Source of the DNA: a virus
Strand: one strand, 5' to 3'
Virus record (IMG/VR): IMGVR_UViG_3300021963_000060
Coordinates: 35,523 to 99,522 of that record
Length of the DNA: 64,000 nucleotides
Shown here: positions 1-9,476 of the stretch, one piece after another
Layout: every line of letters starts with the position of its first letter
How positions within the stretch are numbered: position 1 is the stretch's first letter
The notes under the pieces: generated by a model
The model's input: only the letters and a program-made list of their open reading frames with translations
The model's database searches: none
Told to the model about the DNA's origin: nothing
Position numbers and translations under genes: made by a program

Positions 1-126
1 TGGTTCTCCACGAATTGCAGCAAGATCAACACTTTCACGATAAGCAATAAGTGCTGCTAAAAACTCTTTGTTGTTTACGTAATGCTCGGATCTCTTTCTT
101 TTGGTCATTACCGCTGTCGTTATCAT
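1..126 (-). CDS. g55: Late-transcription sigma factor gp55, 5' part (runs off window)
   Basis: Manual translation MITTAVMTKRKRSEHYVNNKEFLAALIAYRE. HYVNNKEFL is the typical gp55 N-terminus, and the position downstream of uvsW matches cyanomyovirus synteny. Confidence 0.85.
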   Translation of the reverse strand, partial: MITTAVMTKRKRSEHYVNNKEFLAALIAYRESVDLAAIRGEP

Positions 127-152
127 AAGTATCTCTAATTTAATATGTAGAG

Positions 153-181
153 ATTATAACATTTTCAAAAATAAAAGACAA
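153..181 (-). promoter_or_regulatory. sigma70-type promoter for g55
   Basis: Minus strand TTGTCT (181-176), 17 bp spacer, TATAAT (158-153), just upstream of the g55 ATG. Confidence 0.65.
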
Positions 182-182
182 C

Positions 183-211
183 TTGACTCACCTCCAAATA
201 GTGTGTATAAT
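183..211 (+). promoter_or_regulatory. Near-consensus sigma70 promoter, antisense to the late operon
   Basis: TTGACT (183-188), 17 bp spacer, TATAAT (206-211). Confidence 0.6.
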
Positions 212-251
212 ACCTTTGTTAGGGTTGATAAGTAATATATTAATTAATAGC

Positions 252-644
252 TTAAGAATTCTTATAGATCTTTTCTAAGAGCTCTTTAGCATCATTAACA
301 TTTGAGATGTAGCCCATTTTCTTGGTTACAATCGTTTTATCACTTTTTACATTGTTCGTTTTACGAACAAATGTCTGATACATAGAAATAATTTCAATAT
401 CATTTGATTCAGTCATAGTCATTACATTTTCCATATCTAAAATAAACATATCTTCAGTTGTTGTTTTTAGCCATGGCTCTATCTTGTATCCATTGACTCC
501 ATTCCTTCCTTTAATTTCACTTATAACAATAGGATTTGTAAGTAGAAGAATGGTTCTATTGTTTTCTTCAGAAGCTGCTACTTTAGCAAATACTTCTTCT
601 CCGGATTTTAACTTTAGGGTTGCATAAAAATCGTCTTCTATCAT
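252..644 (-). CDS. Conserved cyanophage hypothetical protein (Sm-like fold likely)
   Basis: 130-aa ORF with ATLKLKSGEEVFA motif, located between uvsW and g55. Confidence 0.7.
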   Translation of the reverse strand: MIEDDFYATLKLKSGEEVFAKVAASEENNRTILLLTNPIVISEIKGRNGVNGYKIEPWLKTTTEDMFILDMENVMTMTESNDIEIISMYQTFVRKTNNVKSDKTIVTKKMGYISNVNDAKELLEKIYKNS

Positions 645-2104
645 GATTTTAAATTAATAGTAATTATTTCATAATTAAATTTTTCTTCGTTATAAATTTT
701 TATTCTTTCTATCAGATGATTTAAAGTATAATTTTTTCTTGAATTATGAGTACAATCATCAGATATATCATAAAGCATTGCTTTTGTTTTATTTTTTCCT
801 TTTCTAAGGACTCTTCCAATACTTTGTAAATTTCTAATTCTTGATTTACTTGGAGAGGCAAAGATTACATTATGGAGATTTCTTATATTAATACCAGTAG
901 AAAAAACACCATATGATGCAATGATAATTGCATTTTCTTCACACTCAGTTATAGCTCTAACTTCCTCTCTTTCACTTGTTTCAACACCACCATGAACAAA
1001 AAATACCTTTCTGTTACTATCAACACTATTATTTATTAGGTTGTATAGTGGTTCTCCATGTGTTTCAATTCTAGAAAAAAGAATAAGACTGTTTCCTTTT
1101 AAATCTAATACTAAATTTTTAATAAAATTATTTCTTTTCTCGTGATTGATAATAAATTGAATCTCATCTTCATAAGTTTCAAATCTTTGTGGACTATGTT
1201 TTAGTATTAAACACCTAATATCCAATTTAGTTAGATGTCCTTGTTCCATCAATTCTGAAGTTCTTGTAACTTTATATGATGGTCCAAACAGGCCTTCAAG
1301 AACCCATTTATGAGTTTGTGACCCATCTAGAGTTCCAGTGAAACCAAATCTATATTTTGCATTATGTAATTTGGTCATAATACCAATCAAAGATTTGCTC
1401 TTAAATAGATGAGCCTCATCTCCAATAACTACATCATAGTCTTCAAAAAAATTCTTATCTAATTTATAAATTGATTGCCATGTAGTGATTGTAACTGGAT
1501 GACTATTATCTTTTTCTTTACCACCATATATTTTATAACAATATGAATCAACATCCCAACCATAATCTCGGAAGTCCCCGAACATCTGCTCTACTAGACT
1601 TGTCGTTGGAACAACTAAAAGAATTTTTTGGTTCTTATCCACATAGTAACGCACGAGGGCGTAGATCATCAGACTTTTTCCTGACGCAGTGGGACTTATC
1701 AGCAACTTTCGATTATATCGTAGGGCATCATATACTCCCTCTATTTGATAAGAACGTGGAGAATGTGAACAAATAGAGGTCATGTAATCTTTTACGCCTT
1801 CCATTGAGATTTCCTCGTTAACTTCGAATGGAAGACCGTAATATTTGTTTTCTGAAAAACTATAAGTATAATTGTGTAATTTTAATTTAGATATTAATTT
1901 ATCCAATAATCCAATATAAATTTCTCCAGTATGAATGTTTAATAAACGAATCATACCATCCCAATATTTACTTCTCATTTGAGGCATAAACTTTGCCCCA
2001 GGAACCTCAAATGTAAAGTATTCTTGAAGCTCATACAAAATATGAGGTTCACATTCTAACTTGATGTAAACCTCATTCTTTTTGTGTATTATTACGTCAC
2101 TCAT
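641..2104 (-). CDS. uvsW: UvsW RNA-DNA/DNA-DNA helicase
   Basis: SF2 motifs SPTASGKS, DEAH, TGT, QSIGRVLR; synteny. Confidence 0.95.
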   Translation of the reverse strand: MSDVIIHKKNEVYIKLECEPHILYELQEYFTFEVPGAKFMPQMRSKYWDGMIRLLNIHTGEIYIGLLDKLISKLKLHNYTYSFSENKYYGLPFEVNEEISMEGVKDYMTSICSHSPRSYQIEGVYDALRYNRKLLISPTASGKSLMIYALVRYYVDKNQKILLVVPTTSLVEQMFGDFRDYGWDVDSYCYKIYGGKEKDNSHPVTITTWQSIYKLDKNFFEDYDVVIGDEAHLFKSKSLIGIMTKLHNAKYRFGFTGTLDGSQTHKWVLEGLFGPSYKVTRTSELMEQGHLTKLDIRCLILKHSPQRFETYEDEIQFIINHEKRNNFIKNLVLDLKGNSLILFSRIETHGEPLYNLINNSVDSNRKVFFVHGGVETSEREEVRAITECEENAIIIASYGVFSTGINIRNLHNVIFASPSKSRIRNLQSIGRVLRKGKNKTKAMLYDISDDCTHNSRKNYTLNHLIERIKIYNEEKFNYEIITINLKS

Positions 2105-2155
2105 AGTTAATGATATTTTCTATGAGTATTTAGAGACATTTAAAAATATTATATT

Positions 2156-2593
2156 TTACCCTAGTCCTGATTGAAATCTCATATATTCTATTGAGTTCTT
2201 AATTTGATATCCTCTATTATGAATCATTTTAATAATGTCTTCAATATAATTAAGCATTACATCATAGTATTCTACTTTTAAATTTATTTGTGCTAATTTT
2301 GAATCGGCATCCATATACTTTTGAAGAGAATCTTTATCTCTTACTTTTTTAGGAAATGGATTTTCAATATAAACTTCTGGATCAGCCTTTCCTGTATAAT
2401 ATTCATATCTATCATGTTTTATATTTTTTCTATTTTGTTCTGCTTTCTTTCTTAGAAGTAGAATATTATTATAAAGATTATAGTACTTTGAATGTAGGAT
2501 TGGTATATTTAAAGATTCTGTATGTAAGTTATCAATATCAATTTTGGAATCTTTTTCCCACATACTTTGGATCATATCAAGATCAATACTCAT
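2156..2593 (-). CDS. uvsY: UvsY recombination mediator
   Basis: WEKDSKID..IP.LHSKY and IKNSIEY motifs; located between g3 and uvsW. Confidence 0.9.
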   Translation of the reverse strand: MSIDLDMIQSMWEKDSKIDIDNLHTESLNIPILHSKYYNLYNNILLLRKKAEQNRKNIKHDRYEYYTGKADPEVYIENPFPKKVRDKDSLQKYMDADSKLAQINLKVEYYDVMLNYIEDIIKMIHNRGYQIKNSIEYMRFQSGLG

Positions 2594-3153
2594 AAATTAT
2601 TTCCTTTCTTATCAGTTATATTATACATCAAATACTTAAATGTTACATCTGCAGTAAAGTATTCAACATCAGTTTGAGTTGCGTCAAATTGCAATGCAGA
2701 CAAACTGTATGGGAACATTGATCTGAATACAATTTGAAAATTACTATTTTGATTGCTATTTAATACTAATAATGTTCCATCAGAATACAAATTCATTTGA
2801 GACTTATATGGTTGCTCAAACTTTTCATTAGATTCTTGAAACTCATATATTTGATTTAAAGATTCTGGATATCCTATTCCCCTAATCCAGTTTTGGATTT
2901 CCATATAATTTTCTAGATTTTCATCAACTAGAAATCTTAGTGTGAAATCTTCAAATTCTACTTTATCTCCAGGGACAGGTATATCTCTAAGATAACTTGG
3001 TTGATTTGCAATACCTAAGGTAATTCCTGGTATATTAGCACTATTTGAGAAGAATGCGACTTTAGGAGACCTGTTAATAGTAAACTTAAATCCAACAGGT
3101 GCTAAAAAGTTTCTATTCTGAATTTGATTTTTGAAGGAATTTCCAACAGACAT
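2590..3153 (-). CDS. g3: Tail completion/sheath stabilizer gp3
   Basis: NFLAPVGFKF, ANIPGITLG, PGDK, FLVDENLENY motifs. Confidence 0.9.
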   Translation of the reverse strand: MSVGNSFKNQIQNRNFLAPVGFKFTINRSPKVAFFSNSANIPGITLGIANQPSYLRDIPVPGDKVEFEDFTLRFLVDENLENYMEIQNWIRGIGYPESLNQIYEFQESNEKFEQPYKSQMNLYSDGTLLVLNSNQNSNFQIVFRSMFPYSLSALQFDATQTDVEYFTADVTFKYLMYNITDKKGNNL

Positions 3154-3171
3154 TTTTTTAAATATTTAGAT

Positions 3172-3197
3172 AAAAAAAAGGTGCCTTTCGGCACCCT
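3172..3197 (-). terminator. Rho-independent terminator after g23
   Basis: Minus strand AAGGTGCC-GAAA-GGCACCTT followed by a T run. Confidence 0.85.
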
Positions 3198-3217
3198 TGA
3201 ACTTTATGGAATTTTGA

Positions 3218-4621
3218 TCACATAAGGTTCTTGATTTGTACTCTTCTGTAGTAACGGTTTGCGTTAGTTGTAAGAGCACCAAGACCCTTGTTAGCGCCTT
3301 CTGCGAATGGGTTAGCAACAAGACCATAACGAGTCTTGAAGCCGATCTTGGGCTGGAAGGTGTTCTCGCCAACAGCACGTACCATCTGGAGAGGTACATA
3401 TGGGCAATAGAAGAGACCAGCATCATAAGGGGAAGAACCCTTATAACCTACAACGTAGTACTGGTTGCTGCTTACGTTTGCAGCATAAGGATCGATATAA
3501 ACACGATACTTACCCATTAGAACACCAGCGAAGGTGTTACCAGTGTCGTCAACGTTGAGGTTTGCATTTAGAGCAGGGGTGTAATCAAGTACACCAGCCA
3601 TGCTTAGTGCGGAAGCAACGTCTGCAGAACACATGATAACGTTGCCCTTTCCTCTACGAGTTCTTTGTGCGATTGCGTTAGCGTCGCGCTCGATTTGGAA
3701 GAGTAGACCCTTGAACTTCTCAACGGACCAACGACCATTGGAGTCAACGTCAAGGTCAAATACACCCTGAGTTGCTACGTTAGCAGCAGCACCTTGCTCA
3801 GCAACCTTATAGATGGTTCTGATAACTTCTCTGTTGATTTCTGCGAGGATCTCAGTGGAGAGAATGTTAGCAAGTTCTGCTTCTGCATTTAGACCGTGGA
3901 TTGCCTTGAGGTCTTGAGCGAGCTCTAGGGAGTACTCAGCCTTAAGTGCTCTGGACTTTGCTTCAACAAGAACTTTCTCGATTGAGAAAGCCATTTCGTT
4001 GAATTGATTACCAGAACCGTTTCCGAGATTCTCAGAATCGGTGGTCTTCATGCCCTGACCAACGTTATATGCAGCTTCGCTTGCAGTTGCAGTTGGGTTT
4101 AGGAGACCAGGGTTGCTGCCTGCTTGTGCAGTAGTACCCATACCAACAGCAGCATTAGTTGCTGCAGTTGTGTTGTAACCGCTGTCCTGACCAGAGAATG
4201 CAGTATCTACTTCATTGTAGAAGCTTTCTGCACCAGTCTGGTTGTTGTAGCGGGAGCGCATTGCGAAGATAAGTCCAGTAGGACCGTTCATTGGTTGAAC
4301 ACCAGCGAGGTCATAAGCGACCAGGTTAGGCATTGCACGTCTGATTAGTGAAATCAGAACAGGGTCGAAACCTGCAACTGGACCACCAGCATCGGCACCA
4401 GCACTAAAACCTGCTGATCCGTTACCAGTAGAAGTGTTTACAGTTGGGGATTCAGTTAGGAGACCAGTGCTTGAAAAAGACTGCTGCTCTCTTAAAAATC
4501 TTTCTTGGTTCTCTAGCAGGACGGCGGTTACTGCCTTTCTGTGGGGATCTTTGATAGGATCAAGACCTTCATAATTTAGAAGGGGTGCCCACTTTTCCTG
4601 CAGATGCTCTGCGTTGAACAT
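3218..4621 (-). CDS. g23: Major capsid protein gp23
   Basis: KWAPLL, AVLLENQE, GVQPMNGPTGLIFAMR, FYCPYVPL, FQPKIGFKTRYG. Confidence 0.98.
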   Translation of the reverse strand: MFNAEHLQEKWAPLLNYEGLDPIKDPHRKAVTAVLLENQERFLREQQSFSSTGLLTESPTVNTSTGNGSAGFSAGADAGGPVAGFDPVLISLIRRAMPNLVAYDLAGVQPMNGPTGLIFAMRSRYNNQTGAESFYNEVDTAFSGQDSGYNTTAATNAAVGMGTTAQAGSNPGLLNPTATASEAAYNVGQGMKTTDSENLGNGSGNQFNEMAFSIEKVLVEAKSRALKAEYSLELAQDLKAIHGLNAEAELANILSTEILAEINREVIRTIYKVAEQGAAANVATQGVFDLDVDSNGRWSVEKFKGLLFQIERDANAIAQRTRRGKGNVIMCSADVASALSMAGVLDYTPALNANLNVDDTGNTFAGVLMGKYRVYIDPYAANVSSNQYYVVGYKGSSPYDAGLFYCPYVPLQMVRAVGENTFQPKIGFKTRYGLVANPFAEGANKGLGALTTNANRYYRRVQIKNLM

Positions 4622-4674
4622 TTGCGTTTACCTTTTACTAAGTGTGTGTGTGTTTTATTTGGATAATATTAAAT

Positions 4675-5901
4675 TCACTTTTTAGCAACTGCTGAAAGAG
4701 TTCTCAAGTAAGCATTCATTGTATCTGAGTGATACTCAGTTGCAACGTCTACTCCTTCAGAAAGAGTTTCAGTTTTTGCTTGAGGAGATACTACTCTTGA
4801 AGGGAAATAAGATTCCTTCAAAGTCTCCAGCTTTTCACGATATTGTGCTTCACTCTCAAACTCAACACTTTCGGCAAGTGAAGCGAGCTTGTCTTTCTGA
4901 GAAAGTGCTAGACCCTCAGAAATCTCATCAAAGATTCCTTCTGCAACCGACTCTGCGAGACGCTTGTTTAGGGAAATATTTCTTTCGATCTGCTCGTTGA
5001 GTTTTGTCTCCATTTCATCAAGTTTTTCTACCATGCTCTCTAGCACATCATATTTATCTTCAGGGATTGATACATAATGATCTTCAAAAAGTCCTTTCAG
5101 ACCAGTCATGAAGGACTCAGTGAGTTCTTCCTTCAGACCTTTCTCGATTGATAATCTATTTTCGTTAACCCATTCCTCGGAAACATATTCCAAGTATGCG
5201 TCAACACGCTCTTGAAGTTCAGACTTAATTTCTTCGACTTCTTCAAAAAGTCTCTGTTCATATTGAACTTCAAGAGATTCTTTGATTTCAGATACTTTTG
5301 ATCTGAGTGCAGATTCAAAAATAATTCTTGCTTTATCCTTAAACTCTTCGGAGAGTTCTTCTTCATCACCAGTGTTTAGGAGAGCATTCATATCTTCTTC
5401 GATATCATACTCTTCTTTCTGGGTCTTAGACTTTTCTTCGTCTTCGTCCTCATCCTCATCTTCTTCTTCGTCTTCGTCCTCATCATCTTCTTTCTTAGAA
5501 GCTTCAGTGACTAGATCCTCTTCATCTTCGCCTTCGGTTTCAATCTCCTCATCATACTCTTCTTCTTCATCAATTTCTTCATCAATTTCTTCAACTTCTT
5601 CTTTTACAGCATCAGACTTCTTAAGTGACTTCATTGAGTCAGCAGCTTTTGCTTTATTATTGACTACATTACTTACAGACTTAAGACCCGTAGCTGGATC
5701 CTTAAGTTCTGCAGAACTATCATCAGGTCTATAATTATCTGGAGTAGGACCACCCAGATCTTCCCAAGAACCAGTCTGTCCATCAACAGCACCGGGCGCT
5801 AGTTTACCCATTGGCTCAGCTGCTTTTGCTCCAGCATTAACAGCGGTACGGGATTGCTTTGTGCCTACTTCCATTTCTTGTAGATTGTTACCACGAGACA
5901 T
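4675..5901 (-). CDS. g22: Prohead core scaffold gp22
   Basis: Acidic coiled-coil protein with LSEEFKDKARIIFE and YLEYVSEEW motifs, upstream of g23. Confidence 0.93.
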   Translation of the reverse strand: MSRGNNLQEMEVGTKQSRTAVNAGAKAAEPMGKLAPGAVDGQTGSWEDLGGPTPDNYRPDDSSAELKDPATGLKSVSNVVNNKAKAADSMKSLKKSDAVKEEVEEIDEEIDEEEEYDEEIETEGEDEEDLVTEASKKEDDEDEDEEEDEDEDEDEEKSKTQKEEYDIEEDMNALLNTGDEEELSEEFKDKARIIFESALRSKVSEIKESLEVQYEQRLFEEVEEIKSELQERVDAYLEYVSEEWVNENRLSIEKGLKEELTESFMTGLKGLFEDHYVSIPEDKYDVLESMVEKLDEMETKLNEQIERNISLNKRLAESVAEGIFDEISEGLALSQKDKLASLAESVEFESEAQYREKLETLKESYFPSRVVSPQAKTETLSEGVDVATEYHSDTMNAYLRTLSAVAKK

Positions 5902-5937
5902 TTGAACTCTCCGATTTACCTTTATTAAATCTATATT

Positions 5938-5945
5938 TATTTATA
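5938..5945 (-). promoter_or_regulatory. T4-type late promoter (g22/g23)
   Basis: Exact TATAAATA on the minus strand. Confidence 0.8.
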
Positions 5946-5964
5946 AAATGACAATTTAGACATA

Positions 5965-6612
5965 TTAAAGAGAATTTAAAAAATCATTAAATAATCTAAT
6001 CTTATTCTCTTCTAGTGCTTTTTGATCAATTAAAGTGTTGATTCTTTTTTGGAAATTAGAAACTTTTTGCTCAAGAATTCCATTATTCCAAACCCACTCA
6101 ACACCCTCCATAATTCCTTGAACAAATGCATCAGGCGCTGAAGGATCTGCGACAATATCAGCAGCTGTTGCTAACATAAAATCTTCACCTACTTCACTAT
6201 AACCTTCTTTTGTTTGTCTTAATGAACCAATTCCTCTAGAAGAAACACCAAGAGTTACTCCATCTTTAAGAAGTGACTCGGCAATTTTTCCCATGGGAGT
6301 TGAAAGAATTTGTGCCTTACCTACAAAGTTATTTCCATCACGATATAATTCTGTAATTTTATGAGAGACCCTATCTAAATTTACAGTAGGTCCATCTGGA
6401 TGGCCTAGTTCACCAAGAGCTCTACCCTTTTTAACATACTGCTCACTATATCTTTTAACTTCTCTTTCCATTACGGGCATACGGTAAACCCTTCCATTAC
6501 GATTTACCTGCTCAGCTTGAAGAAAAATTCCTTTAATAAAAAGATTTTTCTTACCATTAGTTTCTTCGGTAAGAACTTCTACTTTTTCGATTTCCTCTCT
6601 GATTAATTTCAT
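5965..6612 (-). CDS. g21: Prohead protease gp21
   Basis: NRNGRVY, ALGELGHP, LGVSSRGIGS, DIVADPSAPDA. True start is likely MKLIREE at 6612 rather than 6672. Confidence 0.95.
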   Translation of the reverse strand: MKLIREEIEKVEVLTEETNGKKNLFIKGIFLQAEQVNRNGRVYRMPVMEREVKRYSEQYVKKGRALGELGHPDGPTVNLDRVSHKITELYRDGNNFVGKAQILSTPMGKIAESLLKDGVTLGVSSRGIGSLRQTKEGYSEVGEDFMLATAADIVADPSAPDAFVQGIMEGVEWVWNNGILEQKVSNFQKRINTLIDQKALEENKIRLFNDFLNSL

Positions 6613-6613
6613 T

Positions 6614-7162
6614 TTAAGCTTGCCCCGTAAATTGTACTTGTTGGATGTATAGTGTTCCAGAACCAGTTCCATAATTAGAAACTTTTAGTGATTTTCTAAG
6701 ATCACCATCTGTAGAAAATGCTGTTACAATACCACTAGTATTTGCGCCAACTGTTATTCTTGTTGAAAAATAACCATCATAATCAGAACTTCTATCTACA
6801 GATAAAACTGGGACATGAGTAAAGTTATAATATGGTTGTTGAACTGAAGTAAAAGAAACATAATCACCAATATCAAATGGGGATCCAGTTCCCTGAAGAA
6901 AATCTATAGTAGTTGTTGTTCCTGTAGTAATTCCAGAAACAGCATGTGAAGCAGGACTTAATGCTAAAGTTGCTTGAGATCCTGCTGGAATATAATAATC
7001 AGACGTAGTTGCTGTTGGTTCAGTTCCAATAGCGACATGAGTACCTGCACTAACTGCAACAAATCTTATAGTATCAGAATATACTGGAAATGATGTTGAA
7101 AGAGTTGCTGATCCCGATGCAATTGCGGTTGAAAAACCACTACCAACTGGTTTATGAGCCAT
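6614..7162 (-). CDS. Putative virion structural protein
   Basis: 182-aa Ser/Thr/Gly-rich, beta-type sequence in the head operon. Confidence 0.6.
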   Translation of the reverse strand: MAHKPVGSGFSTAIASGSATLSTSFPVYSDTIRFVAVSAGTHVAIGTEPTATTSDYYIPAGSQATLALSPASHAVSGITTGTTTTIDFLQGTGSPFDIGDYVSFTSVQQPYYNFTHVPVLSVDRSSDYDGYFSTRITVGANTSGIVTAFSTDGDLRKSLKVSNYGTGSGTLYIQQVQFTGQA

Positions 7163-7181
7163 TATTCCTATAATACACTTT

Positions 7182-7192
7182 TATTTATTTAT
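7182..7192 (-). promoter_or_regulatory. Late promoter-like (ATAAATA, tandem)
   Basis: Overlapping ATAAATA motifs upstream of the 7162 ATG. Confidence 0.6.
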
Positions 7193-7195
7193 TAT

Positions 7196-8452
7196 TTAAT
7201 AAATTTCTCTCCATCTCATAGAAACACCAACATTAGAAGGATCATTTCCTATATTGCTTACTCTCACTGAAAAAATTTCAGAATCTGTAGAATCAAAATT
7301 TTGAGACAAAAAGTTTTTCTTTGAAGTTGGCCCAGTTTGAACTTGTGCAGTTGTTGCTGATGGTTTAACTATATTTTGACTATCTCCTGCAGCATAACCT
7401 CCCATAAAGTCTTCAAAGTAAACTGTGCTAATACCAGTTGCTGTTTGGTTGTATTCAACTACAGACTCATCATTTTCAGAAATCCAAGTACCAGTAGTAT
7501 TAATTCCAACAGAACTTCTTAGTTTTACAACTTCATATTTTACATTTGATCCACTACTGAATACTGTAATATCTTCAAGTTTTACTGTTGCCCTATTTGG
7601 ATATCCTTTGAAAGAATTTTTTAATCTTATTGCAATAATAGGAACAGTAGTTCCAATACCAACAGATCTAAGTGGAGTTGTATGTGAAAATTCTCTTCCT
7701 GCTTCTGTATATCCACCCTCACTCATAACTGTGGAGCAAATTTGAACGAATGATCCACCGGCACCAACTTGTGTTCCACTGTTTCTAATTTCGCATCTTA
7801 CAGGAAGATTTGGATTAGACATATAGACAGTAGGCAAAACATTTGAATTATAAAATTCATGTGCGACAATATTGAGTCCATCTATACTAAAACCACAACG
7901 AACTCTACCAACTCCTAACCATTCAAAGTCTGTAAAAAATAGTTGAGATTTTGTGATATCTAAATTAAATCCAGATACACCATTCCCATCAAGTTTATCT
8001 TTGTTCCATTGAGATTGTGGAATTCTTCTTTCTGATACTCCTATTCCTGCAGTAACATAAGATCTAATTACAAAACTTAGAGTTCCATCTGGAGATTGTT
8101 CAAAGAAAATTCCGTCTCTATCGTCAAAATATCCAGTTCTTTTAGTAACATTCTGTTGCGCAGGACCAAAATTAAATGTCGAATAAATTAACTGAGATTT
8201 ACCGGGCATATAATGATGATATCTTTTAGTCTGATGGATACAATATCCATTAGTACTAATTCCAGATTGAAGTATAGCCGCTGCTTGATTTCTATCAAAA
8301 GAAACAGTAGCTCCAACACCAGATTTAACATCAATAAAATCAGGATCAATTGAATATAGATGTTTATAATCACCCAGTGTAAATGGGTCTGATGTTCTTA
8401 ATCTACCAAAAGCATCTATTTCTGGTTTAAATGGATCATATAAGTGAGACAT
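7196..8452 (-). CDS. Hypothetical (probable virion) protein
   Basis: 418-aa ORF with DAFGRLRTS, YMPGKSQ and EWLGVGRVRCGF motifs typical of a widespread phage beta-rich family. Confidence 0.65.
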   Translation of the reverse strand: MSHLYDPFKPEIDAFGRLRTSDPFTLGDYKHLYSIDPDFIDVKSGVGATVSFDRNQAAAILQSGISTNGYCIHQTKRYHHYMPGKSQLIYSTFNFGPAQQNVTKRTGYFDDRDGIFFEQSPDGTLSFVIRSYVTAGIGVSERRIPQSQWNKDKLDGNGVSGFNLDITKSQLFFTDFEWLGVGRVRCGFSIDGLNIVAHEFYNSNVLPTVYMSNPNLPVRCEIRNSGTQVGAGGSFVQICSTVMSEGGYTEAGREFSHTTPLRSVGIGTTVPIIAIRLKNSFKGYPNRATVKLEDITVFSSGSNVKYEVVKLRSSVGINTTGTWISENDESVVEYNQTATGISTVYFEDFMGGYAAGDSQNIVKPSATTAQVQTGPTSKKNFLSQNFDSTDSEIFSVRVSNIGNDPSNVGVSMRWREIY

Positions 8453-9252
8453 TAGATTACCCTCCAGGAATTACCTTTCCAAATAAATGTTAAACTTCCA
8501 AAATTAAAAGCAAGAATTGCTCTATCCCTACCATCAATTTTATCTGATCCTGTTGGTAGAATTGTTATATGTCTGTTAGTTCCTTTTGCTGCTTCTCCAA
8601 GTTCATCTTTAACAACAAATATTTTTCCTTCTCTGTCTGCTTTAGGTAGAGTAATAGTTACTGCACCTGCATAATTAACCCCAATATAGTAATCTTGAGG
8701 TCTTATTGTATAAGATGAAGTTGTTACGGATGTTATTGGAACATCCATATACGTTAGATTTGTTTCACCACCTCCACCAAATGTGGAAATTTGTTGTTGA
8801 ATCCTTGAAAGAAATAGTTTATAATGCTTATTTAAATCTTCTAAAGTAACAAAATTCTGATCTAAAGGAGTTAATGGATCACTTTGCTGTTTTACATTAG
8901 AAGGTTCAGAAAGAAGTCCTAAAGATTTTTCTTTAATTTCTTCTGGTTCTTTTAATTCTAATACGTCTTTTTTATCTTCTACATTTTCTATAATATTCTC
9001 TTCTTTTGGTTCCTTAGGAACCTCTAAGTCAATATTATCTTCAAGTAAAATATTTTCAAGAATTTCTATTTTTCTTTTTGTCTTTTCTTTTATTTTTTTA
9101 CTTTTCTTTTTTAGAGAACCTACCTCTTCAAAGATAGAGTTTAAATCCAAATCACCAACAATAGATTTAAATTGTGTTTTTTCTTTCTTTTTTTCTTTGT
9201 TTACCTCAGAAAAAAATGAAGAAAGACTTAAATCTAAATTGATATCATCCAC
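8452..9252 (-). CDS. Hypothetical protein (charged N-terminus, GGGGE linker, fiber-like C-terminal beta domain)
   Basis: 266-aa ORF, GTG start; stop overlaps the next start. Confidence 0.65.
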   Translation of the reverse strand: MDDINLDLSLSSFFSEVNKEKKKEKTQFKSIVGDLDLNSIFEEVGSLKKKSKKIKEKTKRKIEILENILLEDNIDLEVPKEPKEENIIENVEDKKDVLELKEPEEIKEKSLGLLSEPSNVKQQSDPLTPLDQNFVTLEDLNKHYKLFLSRIQQQISTFGGGGETNLTYMDVPITSVTTSSYTIRPQDYYIGVNYAGAVTITLPKADREGKIFVVKDELGEAAKGTNRHITILPTGSDKIDGRDRAILAFNFGSLTFIWKGNSWRVI

Positions 9253-9257
9253 TTACA

Positions 9258-9440
9258 TTATTCCTCTTCCGAATTGAAATTAATTTGATCAGTTCCGCTA
9301 TTATTAAAAATTGAATCTGCTACTGAAGGTCTCAAATCATCTATTTTATCAGATGCTTTTGAGAACAAAATTTCTTTAATCCTATCACTAATCTGAGAAG
9401 GTGATTCATCAGAAGCGATCATGTCCATGAGTTCGTCCAT
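9258..9440 (-). CDS. Small conserved protein downstream of portal (possible gp67-position core protein)
   Basis: 60-aa acidic ORF following g20, with a late promoter upstream. Confidence 0.6.
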   Translation of the reverse strand: MDELMDMIASDESPSQISDRIKEILFSKASDKIDDLRPSVADSIFNNSGTDQINFNSEEE

Positions 9441-9468
9441 AGTAATTATAATTTAATTAATCTTTGGT

Positions 9469-9476
9469 TATTTATA
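9469..9476 (-). promoter_or_regulatory. T4-type late promoter
   Basis: TATAAATA overlapping the g20 stop. Confidence 0.7.

Noticed and set aside
5282-5734. Plus-strand poly-Ser ORF
   Set aside because: Antisense shadow of the Glu/Asp tract of gp22
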